Assembly: GCA_949297275.1 (NCBI GenBank)
Contig: CASFQR010000002.1
Location: 3,202-67,201, forward strand
Direction of reading: 5' to 3'
DNA: 64,000 nt
From: an uncultured bacterium
GTDB lineage: Bacteria > Bacillota_I > Bacilli_A > RFN20 > CAG-826
In this document: positions 32,398 to 42,038 of the stretch, one piece after another
Layout: each line of letters starts with the position of its first letter
Position numbering within the stretch: position 1 is the stretch's first letter
The notes under the pieces: generated by a model
Database searches by the model: none
What the model saw: only the letters and a program-made list of their open reading frames with translations
What the model was told of the DNA's origin: nothing
Position numbers and translations under genes: made by a program

Positions 32398-35319
32398 ATG
32401 TTAGATCATTTAAAAAGCCGTTCATATTCAAATAAGATTTTACTTTATATCATTGTTTTTATCGGCGGCTTTTTACTAATGAATATTGGTTTATTTGATA
32501 CGACTGGCTTTTTAAGAACACTCCATTTAGAAGAATTCTTAATTATTTTTGGTGTCTTCTTATTAATTTTATTTGCTTTTGCCCATATCAATCATAAGCA
32601 TAATCGCTATAAAACTAATTATCTATTAGTAGCCGGCTTATTACTTTTAACAATTATGTCTTTCTTTGTTTTAGTTTTATCGCCGGAAACTTATGAAATT
32701 TGTTATCAAGGCACGATTAAAAATGTGACTTTTTCTTTTGAAAATAAGACTTATTTTTTAATCGGTTCTTTTTTATCATATTTCTTCTTTTATCTATTTA
32801 TTTATGTGATTCCTCGTTCTTTTTATTATCGTAAACAATTTAAATGGATTATTTATCTCTTTCTGCTTTTTCTAGTAGCCGGCCTAATTTATAGTTATGT
32901 TGTTGAATTTAATAATTATTTAAATTTCTTTACTAATCTAGCAAGTGGCGATACTTATTCAGCGACTGTCATGTCGTTTTTTGGACACCGTAATGTTTAT
33001 GGTCTCGTTTTATTTTTAGGCATTATTTCATTAATTTATCTCCATTATTTAGATAAGAAATTTTATTGGTATATCTTAATCACTTTCTTATGCTTAAATA
33101 TGGTTTTTACCATGAGCAAAACGCCTATATTATTAGCAGCTTTTGTTATCGTTTGTTATTTATTGATGCGCTTTTTCCTTTCTTATCAAAAACACAAGAA
33201 ACGCAATTTAATTACTTTTGCTATCTTCTTTATTTTAATTGCAGTCGTGTTAACCCTTGTGATTGTTGGGGGTTATATCCAAATCCCTTATATCTCGAAA
33301 GTTTCTAATGCCTTAAAAGATATTTTTTATAGTGGCTCAAATACCTTTAATAGTCGTCTTGATATTTGGATTAATACTTTTGATTTATTTACTTCGCATC
33401 TTCCTAACATGATGTTTGGTTTTGGTTTTGGTGTTTTCAATCATCTTTTATATGCTTATCAAGGGATTATTCCAGGAGCGGAATTAACATCAAATATCCA
33501 TAATGGTTATCTAATGCTAATTTCAGAGGGCGGTATTGTTTTATTTGTCGCTTTTATTTTGGTAATTATCTATTTAGTCTATGTCATTATCAAAATGTTT
33601 AAAGTTGATAAAGATTTATCGTTGATGTCATTATTTTTCTTAATTGCTAGTTTAGGTTATATGATGATGGAATCGCGAGCGATTATCTTCACTAATTCAC
33701 CCGATATGATTTATTTATCATTAATCGCTACATCACCATTATTAGCCGCCTATTATCATTATAATCACCCTTTAATTAATGAAGAGATTCGCTATTCAGG
33801 AAAAGAATTTTTAAAACAGAAATCAGCAATTACTTTTCAAGAAGAATTTAGTCTTGCTAAATTTTTGATGTATTTATTAACCCCTTTTGTTGGAACATAT
33901 TATGGTTTTATTTATCATTTAAGCGAAACTTTTGGTTATTCTGAATCGCTTTTATATTCAATTGGTGGCATCTTAATTTTCATTTATTTATTTCTTCCTT
34001 TTATCAGTCAAATTCTTTATGACTTTTCAAAGAAAAAACGCGTTAATTATTTAAATTATCCCCGCAAAGTCCTATTATTTTATCTGATTGTGGTTGCCTT
34101 AGACGCTGCGGCGGTTTTCTTAATAATTTATTTTGCTACTAATATTAATCCTATTTATTTAACCATTTTTGCAATTGCTTCCCCCGTTTATTTTTATACC
34201 ATTTTATATGTCGTGCGTTATTTAAGAAAATTTACTGGGACTTCGGAATTTATTAACTATTTTAACTATTTATGTTTATCATCTTTAAATAAAAATATTT
34301 CGCTAGATGATTATGCCCATAAAAATAATCGATGCCTCAAATATGATCCTCATAAAAAATATCTTTTATTAATCGCTAGCGATGATTTATATCGGGTTAA
34401 TTTAGAAAAAGAACTACATAATCGCGGCTATGAAGTTATCGTTTATGATGAATTATTGAATAATTTCTTACATAAAATTAATTCGCGTCTACCATATCGA
34501 CAAAATCTGGAAGCTAGCCGCATTTATCTTGACGATATTTTATTTGATAATCTCTTTATTCGTTTTACTTATGTGATAGTTTCTAGCGGCCGCGGTTTAA
34601 CGGTTAATATGGTTAAAGATTTAAAAGAATATCATCAAGAAGCTAAATTTATTTTTTATAATCCTTACTTAATTAGTCAATATTATTATTCATCCGTTTT
34701 ATATCGTTTATTTGATCAAACTTATACTCTTTACGCTGCCGATGCTTTTACTTATCAGATGAAATTAATAAAATCGTATTATTTTAATGAAGTTTTGTCT
34801 TATCGCGAGATTCCAATAACCGACGATTTTTTAATTGTTGCTCACGCGAATAATTTATCATCTTTAAAAAAGACAGCGGACGTCTTTTATTCACAATATC
34901 CTCGCGGGAATATCGTTATTCACTTACCACTAAAAAAGCACGACAAATTCTTTAAAAAAGCTCGGAGAATTTTAGGCAAATATTATGATAAAGTAACCTT
35001 TGTCAATTCTTTCTTTACCGAAGATTTAATTTTAAAAATCGCTAAAGCAAAATATTATGTTGATTTAGTTAGTAAAGATTCTTTAAGTAATATTGATTTA
35101 AAAAATATTTTAATATTGAAAAAGAAAATTGTTACTAATAATCGGATTGCCAAACTCGTTGATAATTATTCTCCAAATGATATTTATATATTCTTAAAAG
35201 ACGAGATGCTCAATTTAGAAGACATCTTCTTTAATAACAATATTTATGATGATTTTAGTGAAGAAATTATTCATGATAGTAACATTAAAAATTTTGTTGA
35301 TGATTTATTAAGCGAATGA
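32398..35319 (+). CDS. 973-aa O-antigen ligase/polymerase-like (Wzy_C) membrane protein with extra TM bundle and a ~330-aa soluble C-terminal domain
   Basis: Wzy_C-type signatures: FFGHRNVYGL, TMSKTPILLAA, NSRLDIWINTF, FGFGFGVFN, IHNGYLMLISEGGIV. About 5 more TM helices follow, then a non-hydrophobic alpha/beta-looking domain (residues ~640-973) that I cannot place. Confidence 0.7.
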   Translation: MLDHLKSRSYSNKILLYIIVFIGGFLLMNIGLFDTTGFLRTLHLEEFLIIFGVFLLILFAFAHINHKHNRYKTNYLLVAGLLLLTIMSFFVLVLSPETYEICYQGTIKNVTFSFENKTYFLIGSFLSYFFFYLFIYVIPRSFYYRKQFKWIIYLFLLFLVAGLIYSYVVEFNNYLNFFTNLASGDTYSATVMSFFGHRNVYGLVLFLGIISLIYLHYLDKKFYWYILITFLCLNMVFTMSKTPILLAAFVIVCYLLMRFFLSYQKHKKRNLITFAIFFILIAVVLTLVIVGGYIQIPYISKVSNALKDIFYSGSNTFNSRLDIWINTFDLFTSHLPNMMFGFGFGVFNHLLYAYQGIIPGAELTSNIHNGYLMLISEGGIVLFVAFILVIIYLVYVIIKMFKVDKDLSLMSLFFLIASLGYMMMESRAIIFTNSPDMIYLSLIATSPLLAAYYHYNHPLINEEIRYSGKEFLKQKSAITFQEEFSLAKFLMYLLTPFVGTYYGFIYHLSETFGYSESLLYSIGGILIFIYLFLPFISQILYDFSKKKRVNYLNYPRKVLLFYLIVVALDAAAVFLIIYFATNINPIYLTIFAIASPVYFYTILYVVRYLRKFTGTSEFINYFNYLCLSSLNKNISLDDYAHKNNRCLKYDPHKKYLLLIASDDLYRVNLEKELHNRGYEVIVYDELLNNFLHKINSRLPYRQNLEASRIYLDDILFDNLFIRFTYVIVSSGRGLTVNMVKDLKEYHQEAKFIFYNPYLISQYYYSSVLYRLFDQTYTLYAADAFTYQMKLIKSYYFNEVLSYREIPITDDFLIVAHANNLSSLKKTADVFYSQYPRGNIVIHLPLKKHDKFFKKARRILGKYYDKVTFVNSFFTEDLILKIAKAKYYVDLVSKDSLSNIDLKNILILKKKIVTNNRIAKLVDNYSPNDIYIFLKDEMLNLEDIFFNNNIYDDFSEEIIHDSNIKNFVDDLLSE

Positions 35320-36404
35320 AAGTAGTCTTAGTGCACGATTGGTTAACTAATATGGGGGGAGCGGAAAAAGTTCTCATCTATTTGGCGAAGTTATTTCCAG
35401 ATGCTCCAATCTATACTTCGGTAGTCAATTATGCAAAGATTGATCCCTTTTTTAAAACTCGTAAAATTATTCCTACCTTTTTGCAAGGCAAAAAACCTTA
35501 TATCACCAATCATAAAAAATATTTCCCTTTCATGCCTTTAGGTTTTAAATGTTTAAAATTAGAAAAATGTGATGTTGTTATCTCTTCATCTAGTTCCTGC
35601 GCGAAGATGGTTAAAATACCTAAAGGCGCGATTCATGTTTGCTATTGTCATACCCCCATGCGTTATGCCTATTTCGCACGCGAAGAATATGTTTCACGCC
35701 TATCTAAATGGATTAGACCACTAGCAAATTTATTATTAAAATATATGCGTTACGTTGATAAAAAATCGAATAAACATGTTGATTATTTTATCGCTAATAG
35801 TAATGAAGTTAAAAGGCGCATTCATGAATATTATCAGCGGGAAGCAATTACTATATTCCCTGGGGTCGAAGTTGATAAATTTCAAGCGAGTGAAAAAAAT
35901 GAAGGTTATTATCTATGTTTATCGCGCCTAGTTTATTATAAGCGTTTTGATTTAGCCATTAAGGCATGTAATGCTTTAAAAAAGCGTTTAATTATTGTTG
36001 GTGGTGGGGAAGCCTTAAATGATTTAAAAGAAATCAGTGGCCCGACCATTGAATTTGTGAATCATGTCAGTGATGAAGAATTAATTAATTATTTTATGAA
36101 CGCGAAAGCGTTTATTTTTCCAGCTTATGAAGATTTTGGGATTGTGCCTATTGAAGCAATGGCTTGCGGTAAACCAGTCATTGCCTTTAATAAAGGTGGT
36201 ACTTTAGATACTGTAATCGATAATGTAACGGGTATTTTCTTTTCTGAGCAAAGTCCTCAAAGTGTCGCCGAGGCGATTATTAAACTAGAAAATACTTCTT
36301 TTAACCCTTTTAAAATTAGGCAGCATGCTTTAAAATTTTCCGTTGAGCGTTTCCAAAAAGAAATTCTCGACTTTATTAATAACCTGCCATTAAAGACAAA
36401 ATAA
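35316..36404 (+). CDS. GT4-family glycosyltransferase
   Basis: MKVVLVHDWLTNMGGAEKV... and the FIFPAYEDFGIVPIEAMACGKPVIA (E-x7-E) motif. Confidence 0.85.
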   Translation: MKVVLVHDWLTNMGGAEKVLIYLAKLFPDAPIYTSVVNYAKIDPFFKTRKIIPTFLQGKKPYITNHKKYFPFMPLGFKCLKLEKCDVVISSSSSCAKMVKIPKGAIHVCYCHTPMRYAYFAREEYVSRLSKWIRPLANLLLKYMRYVDKKSNKHVDYFIANSNEVKRRIHEYYQREAITIFPGVEVDKFQASEKNEGYYLCLSRLVYYKRFDLAIKACNALKKRLIIVGGGEALNDLKEISGPTIEFVNHVSDEELINYFMNAKAFIFPAYEDFGIVPIEAMACGKPVIAFNKGGTLDTVIDNVTGIFFSEQSPQSVAEAIIKLENTSFNPFKIRQHALKFSVERFQKEILDFINNLPLKTK

Positions 36405-36406
36405 TT

Positions 36407-37288
36407 ATGATACTAAAGTTATTACCAATCTATAAACATAGCCTCTGGGGCGGTCGTTATTTGAATGATTTATATCTTCAATTTGATCAAGAAAACATCG
36501 GAGAAGCATGGGTTTTAAGTGTTTTAAATGAAGATAATTCACCGATTGAAAATTCTTCTTTAACTTTAAAAGATTATTTTTTACAAGATCCGACAATAAT
36601 TGCTGATCGTTTTAATGATAAATTTCCAATCTTAGTCAAAATTATTAATGCAGATGAGCCGTTATCGATTCAAAATCACCCTTCTGGTAAAACTGAATTT
36701 TGGCACATTTTAAATGCGAAGAAGGGGAGTTATATCTACTTAGGTCTAAAAGAAACTTTATCAAAAGAAGAATTAGAAAAATATCTTAATGATGGTTCAA
36801 TTTTAGAACATCTTAATAAAGTCCGCGTTTCGCCTGGTGATTGTTATTTTATTAAACCAGGGACAATTCATGCGATTGGGGAAGGTATTACCCTTGTTGA
36901 AATTCAACAAAACATGAATGTGACCTATCGTTTATATGATTATAATCGTCTCGATAGTGATGGTCATAAGCGCGAACTTCATATTAAAGAAGCTGTCGAA
37001 TGCGCGCGCTTAGAGCAATATAATATCAACAAAATGTATCGTAATATTGAAGGGGAACTTATTCGCTGTCGTTTCTTTGATGTTAAAAGACATCGCCTAT
37101 ATGGCAAAGAATTAAAAGTAGTGGATGAAAAGAGTTTCCATTATTTATTAATTCTTGACGGCGAAGGTTCTTTAATTAGTGGCAAAGATCGTTTCACTTT
37201 AAAAGAAGGCGATTCGATTTTTTTAACTGCGAAGCACGGAGCCTATTTAATCGAAGGCGATGTTGAATATTTATTAGTTACTTTATAA
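36407..37288 (+). CDS. manA: Mannose-6-phosphate isomerase, class I
   Basis: Zn-ligand motifs LSIQNHP, KTEFWHIL and GTIHAIG; the cupin fold length matches the Firmicute type. Confidence 0.85.
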   Translation: MILKLLPIYKHSLWGGRYLNDLYLQFDQENIGEAWVLSVLNEDNSPIENSSLTLKDYFLQDPTIIADRFNDKFPILVKIINADEPLSIQNHPSGKTEFWHILNAKKGSYIYLGLKETLSKEELEKYLNDGSILEHLNKVRVSPGDCYFIKPGTIHAIGEGITLVEIQQNMNVTYRLYDYNRLDSDGHKRELHIKEAVECARLEQYNINKMYRNIEGELIRCRFFDVKRHRLYGKELKVVDEKSFHYLLILDGEGSLISGKDRFTLKEGDSIFLTAKHGAYLIEGDVEYLLVTL

Positions 37289-38542
37289 TTTAAATTCTTT
37301 TTGGGCGAAATCTTGATAGATTTTATAAACATTTTCATAAGAAAAATCATCCGCCCTCTTTAACCCTTTATTGATTAATTCATCCTTTAATTTAGGATTT
37401 GATAAAACCTCATTCATTAGCTTAGCTACCTGATAATAATCTTTCTCATTAAAGATAATTCCAGCGCCTTTAAGTGTGCCTTTAATTGCAGTGGAATCAT
37501 AAGCGATGATTGGTGTTTTTGTTAGCATGGCTTCAATTAGCGGCACACAAAAACCTTCGTGTTCAGACATGCATAAAAATAAATCAGCATGATGATAGAT
37601 GGTCGCGAGTGATTTAAAGGGAGCATTTACTTCTAAAAAGATAGCATCTTCCATCTTCGCGTCCCTAATTAAATTCTTTAAAAATTGGGAATAACTTTGA
37701 TCTTCTTCTTTGCCCACTAAAATTAAGCGCGAATTATCATCATAAAGATTATGATAAAGATAAAAAGCTTTAATTACATCTTCGATCTTTTTGTTAAATA
37801 CTTGCCTACCAACAAAGATGATATTTTTTCTACCATCAAGATATTTTACTTTAGTGTCTAAATCATCCTCGACCTCTAAAATTTCATTAGAGCGTAAAAA
37901 TAATGGCAAAACCCCAGTATTTTGATAATTAAATTTCTTTAATTCCTCCGCATTAAATTCACTATCACCTAACGCTAAATCAAAATAAGACGGTAATTCT
38001 TTTACTTGTTTATAGCCTAATCTCGTTGAGAGATATTTTCTTACATCTCTAACAAAATATTTCGGTGGGGTGATATTATGATAAATCATAATTTTTTTAG
38101 GCACCTTGGCGCTTTTTACTAAAGAATGAATCTTCTTATTACCAATTGCCATATGGTAAATTAAAATATCATATCGACTAGCTAAGTAAGCTTTTCTTGG
38201 GACGAGATTCGAGCGTTCAACCCCTAATAAATTATCAAAAACGATAATATTATTTAAACCCATTTTATCAAAGGCATCGCTCATCATAACCACATCATTA
38301 CCGATTGCATCATTTTTAACTAAGGTTGGTAAAACTTGAACGATTCGCACCTTCTTATCTAAATATTTTAAGCGGTGACGCAGACGAAATTTAAAAGCGT
38401 GATATAAAGAAAGAATTTTCTTAATCCCACTAACTAAATACATCTTTAAAATTGAAAGCCATTTGACTCGCTTTTGTAAAATAAATTTGCGCTTTAATAT
38501 TTCTTCATTGATTTGATTTTTCATCGTTTTGACCCTTTTCAA
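37283..38542 (-). CDS. GT-B glycosyltransferase (GT4-like)
   Basis: C-terminal SEHEGFCVPLIEAMLTKTPIIAYD motif. The start is uncertain (38542 or 38524) and overlaps the upstream GT. Confidence 0.75.
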   Translation of the reverse strand: MKRVKTMKNQINEEILKRKFILQKRVKWLSILKMYLVSGIKKILSLYHAFKFRLRHRLKYLDKKVRIVQVLPTLVKNDAIGNDVVMMSDAFDKMGLNNIIVFDNLLGVERSNLVPRKAYLASRYDILIYHMAIGNKKIHSLVKSAKVPKKIMIYHNITPPKYFVRDVRKYLSTRLGYKQVKELPSYFDLALGDSEFNAEELKKFNYQNTGVLPLFLRSNEILEVEDDLDTKVKYLDGRKNIIFVGRQVFNKKIEDVIKAFYLYHNLYDDNSRLILVGKEEDQSYSQFLKNLIRDAKMEDAIFLEVNAPFKSLATIYHHADLFLCMSEHEGFCVPLIEAMLTKTPIIAYDSTAIKGTLKGAGIIFNEKDYYQVAKLMNEVLSNPKLKDELINKGLKRADDFSYENVYKIYQDFAQKEFKL

Positions 38543-39701
38543 TAAAATCCCTTAATTTTTTAATAACAATTTCCCAGCGATAATTTTTATTAACAAAATC
38601 TAAACCATTTTTTCCCATCTGCGATCTTATATCTTGATGGTCAATTAAAAATTTTAACATTTTAACAAATTGATATTTTCCCTGATAATATAAGCCACCA
38701 TTTGAGCGTTCCACCTGTCCTTTTAAAACAGCAGCGTCTTGGTTAACTAAGACAGGTTTTTGATACGCGAAAGCTTCTAAAATAACAATTGATAAACTTT
38801 CATATTTTGAAGGGTTAATTAAAATATCTGCATTGTTTAATAAGGCATATTTTTCTTCTTCATTTACAAAACCAGTCGCGATAATATTTTCGTTAGATGG
38901 GATATCGATATGAGTGCTTCCAACTAACACTAATTTATAATCATCATGTGGATATAACTTTTTATAATAAAGAAAATAATCAATTAAATCTTTGACACCT
39001 TTCGCAGCATCAAGTCGTCCAATATAAATCACATATTTTTGATTTTCTAATTGATATTTTTTTAATAATTCTTCATTCGTCTTTTTAGCTTCTTCGATGC
39101 CAATTCCTAGAATTATATTATCTTTATTAATTGCATTCTCTTTAAAGATATTTACAGCTGTTTGTTTTTCTTCTTCTGTTTGATAGATGATACGATTCGC
39201 CTTATAAAATTCATCTTGCATGATTAAATAATGCGCGTAAGTTTCTTCATGTAAAAAAGGGATGAGAATTCCTTTTTCTTTCGCGCTTATGATACCCGCA
39301 TAAGTAGGGTAATATAGATAGCAGAAACATAAAATTGCTTCATATTTAGCAAAATTCTTTTTTATTTTTTTATTAATTTGCTTAATATATGGCCCTTGTC
39401 TTTTTAAGAATTTTAAGCCATTTTTTCTTGAGTTATCGGTTTCTAAAAAGGCAATGCTTATTGCTTGTAAAACATTTTTGCGCTTTGGTGAATTAAAATA
39501 ATAGACATTCACCCCATCAAGATTAGTGTGTCCCCGAGGATAATATTTTTCCCAATTATCATAATTTATCGCTCGACTAGTATAGACATCAATATCATAA
39601 TAGGGCAAAAGGTGATTCGCGTATTGTCTAACATAATCTTCCGCGCCACCATTTACTTCCTTACCATAACGTTGAATGATAAAGAGTAATTTTTTCTTCA
39701 T
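38505..39701 (-). CDS. GT4-family glycosyltransferase
   Basis: N-terminus LLFIIQRYGKEVNGGAEDY and INPSKYESLSIVILEAFAYQKPVLV (E-x7-E). Confidence 0.8.
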   Translation of the reverse strand: MKKKLLFIIQRYGKEVNGGAEDYVRQYANHLLPYYDIDVYTSRAINYDNWEKYYPRGHTNLDGVNVYYFNSPKRKNVLQAISIAFLETDNSRKNGLKFLKRQGPYIKQINKKIKKNFAKYEAILCFCYLYYPTYAGIISAKEKGILIPFLHEETYAHYLIMQDEFYKANRIIYQTEEEKQTAVNIFKENAINKDNIILGIGIEEAKKTNEELLKKYQLENQKYVIYIGRLDAAKGVKDLIDYFLYYKKLYPHDDYKLVLVGSTHIDIPSNENIIATGFVNEEEKYALLNNADILINPSKYESLSIVILEAFAYQKPVLVNQDAAVLKGQVERSNGGLYYQGKYQFVKMLKFLIDHQDIRSQMGKNGLDFVNKNYRWEIVIKKLRDFIEKGQNDEKSNQ

Positions 39702-40010
39702 CTATTTCTTGCTCCTTTGCTCAAGGATTTTTAATCGCGCGTTTAAATTATAGATAACACGAATCGTCGCCTTTTCAAATTCTTTGATTTCGCGCATCTG
39801 TTTTTCTAATGTTCCGCGAATCGCTTTATTAATAATTTTGCGAACAATTTTTTTCGTGCCACTATCAGTTGGAAGTTCAAAATTTAATTCGCGATAAACT
39901 TCAGCCTTTAAATCGTCAAATAAAATTTTAAATTCTTCATCATCAAATAGTTCATCGTGATTAATGTCCGTTTTTAATAATTCGACAAGTTCTTTTGAAT
40001 TTATTTCCAT
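39702..40010 (-). CDS. Small (102 aa) predicted coiled-coil protein, hypothetical
   Basis: This ORF sits between wzt and the GT genes. Its TAG stop abuts the next ATG. It is charged with a heptad-like composition and no TM. Confidence 0.5.
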   Translation of the reverse strand: MEINSKELVELLKTDINHDELFDDEEFKILFDDLKAEVYRELNFELPTDSGTKKIVRKIINKAIRGTLEKQMREIKEFEKATIRVIYNLNARLKILEQRSKK

Positions 40011-40013
40011 AAA

Positions 40014-41189
40014 CTATCTCCAATCATGTTTAATATTTACCAAACCGGCATTTTCTTGTTGATTTTGAATACTAAATTGCGCATGGTCATTATGATAATC
40101 TATATATTCATCCCCCGCGCTTAAATAACTATTAAGATGATATTCACCGTTTTTAAAAGGTAGATTTTTTAATGAGAGAATAATTTCTTTCTTATTTTGA
40201 TCAATTTTTGTTTGATCCTCAAATAATACTTGATTATTTTCATCGAGAATCTTAACCCCAATTATGGGAACATTAATCATAGAATTAAGACGATAATGCA
40301 ATTTAATTTTTAAGGAAGAAAAAGCCGAAAATATTTTAGTTTTGCAGTTATTTTCATCTAAAAGTTCAATATTTGTGATGTTTCCTAAATTTGATTTATT
40401 AATCTCATCACCTTTCGCATCCCGAATAGCGTTACTAATCTTTTCATCTTTCCCCTCTAAATAATTTTCATATTTATCAGTAGTCTCTTTAGTTAAACCA
40501 TCATACGCAATGAGTCCATCTTTAATCCAAAGCGCGCGCGTGCAAAAAGAGCGAATAATATTATCATCATGCGTAACAATAATAATAGTTACGCCATTTT
40601 GTTTAAGTTCTTCTAATCGCTGGTAACATTTCTCTTGGAATTTTTTATCGCCGACCGCTAAGATTTCATCAATTAATAAAATATCAGCGTCCACATTAAT
40701 TGCGACCGAAAAAGCTAGACGCATATACATGCCGCTAGAATAAGTTCTAACTGGTACATCGATAAAATTTCCTAATTCAGAGAAGGCAATAATTTTATCT
40801 AAGCGCGCATCAATTTCTTTTTTAGTTAGACCAAAGATTGAAGCATTAATATAGATATTTTCGCGTCCAGTCATATCAGGATGAAAACCCGCGCCTAATT
40901 CAATTAGACATGATAAGCGACCATTAACAATAACTTTTCCCCCATTTGGGTAATAAATACCTGATATTAATTTTAAAAGCGTAGATTTACCGCAGCCATT
41001 CCGACCAATTAAACCAATGACTTCTCCTTGCCTAACATCAAAAGATATTCCATCTAAAACTTTTTTGATTTCATAACGATTTCGCTTCCAAAAGAGAATC
41101 TTATCTTTTAAATTAAAACCTTTATCATAATAGATTTTAAAAGTTTTCTTTAAATCCTTAACAATAATTCTTCGCGGTCTTTCACTCAT
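40014..41189 (-). CDS. wzt: Polysaccharide ABC exporter ATPase (Wzt/TagH type) with a C-terminal beta-sandwich-like extension
   Basis: Walker A GRNGCGKST, signature YSSGMYMRLAF and Walker B ILLIDE, plus a ~145-aa C-terminal extension as in glycan-binding Wzt proteins. Confidence 0.88.
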   Translation of the reverse strand: MSERPRRIIVKDLKKTFKIYYDKGFNLKDKILFWKRNRYEIKKVLDGISFDVRQGEVIGLIGRNGCGKSTLLKLISGIYYPNGGKVIVNGRLSCLIELGAGFHPDMTGRENIYINASIFGLTKKEIDARLDKIIAFSELGNFIDVPVRTYSSGMYMRLAFSVAINVDADILLIDEILAVGDKKFQEKCYQRLEELKQNGVTIIIVTHDDNIIRSFCTRALWIKDGLIAYDGLTKETTDKYENYLEGKDEKISNAIRDAKGDEINKSNLGNITNIELLDENNCKTKIFSAFSSLKIKLHYRLNSMINVPIIGVKILDENNQVLFEDQTKIDQNKKEIILSLKNLPFKNGEYHLNSYLSAGDEYIDYHNDHAQFSIQNQQENAGLVNIKHDWR

Positions 41190-42035
41190 TTATAATTCCT
41201 CCGCAAAGCGTTTTTTGCCTTTACCGAAAACTAAGATACCAATTATTAAAATAATAATTGCCACCCCGAAAGATAACCAAATAGATTGATAAGATGTAAT
41301 ATCGAAATTAGGCCATCTACCATAATAAAAGATCGCGTGATAAGCATCGATTAAACTCGACATCGGATTAATATAAAAAATCCAAGCATAACTACCAGCA
41401 ATCGATGTTTCATACATAATCGGCGTCGCGTATGTTAAACCCATCGATAACACTCCCATAATATGTTCAAAGTCGCGTAAATAAACCGAGATAGTGCTAG
41501 TAATTAACGCCACACCTAAGCATAAAATAAATTGAATTAAAATAATTAAAGGAAAGGCAAACCAAGTTAAGAAATTATAATATTCACCATAAGGATTAAT
41601 TGGTGGAAAATTAAAAACAAAACCATTACTGACATCAAAGAAGATGGTCACTAAAGTTACAATCGCCACAATAATAAAACAATAAAGCATATTGATAAAA
41701 GCGGTTAAAACATAAGAGATGGGAATCACTTCCCGCGGAAAATAAATCTTTGTTACTAAATTCTTCTGATGGATGAGACATTGGGAAGCATTCGTGAAAG
41801 AATTTTGAAAAAATAACCAAGGGATTAGACCAACAAAGACATATAGATAAAAATTCGGTAGACCAGATTTTAATAAAACGCCAAAGATGATTGTATAAAT
41901 AATTAATTGAAGCAAAGGATTAATAAAAGTCCATAAAAAGCCTAGGACACTACCTTTATAGCGGCCTCTAAGCTCGCGGTGAGTTAGGCTAATAATCATT
42001 TGACGATAGGCGTATAATTCCTTGATCAATTTCAT
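41190..42035 (-). CDS. wzm: ABC-2 type polysaccharide exporter permease (Wzm/TagG type)
   Basis: 281 aa with 6 TM and an N-terminus of the form ..LTHRELRGRYKGSVLGFLWTFINPL, typical of the ABC-2 family. It is adjacent to wzt. Confidence 0.85.
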   Translation of the reverse strand: MKLIKELYAYRQMIISLTHRELRGRYKGSVLGFLWTFINPLLQLIIYTIIFGVLLKSGLPNFYLYVFVGLIPWLFFQNSFTNASQCLIHQKNLVTKIYFPREVIPISYVLTAFINMLYCFIIVAIVTLVTIFFDVSNGFVFNFPPINPYGEYYNFLTWFAFPLIILIQFILCLGVALITSTISVYLRDFEHIMGVLSMGLTYATPIMYETSIAGSYAWIFYINPMSSLIDAYHAIFYYGRWPNFDITSYQSIWLSFGVAIIILIIGILVFGKGKKRFAEEL

Positions 42036-42038
42036 TTT

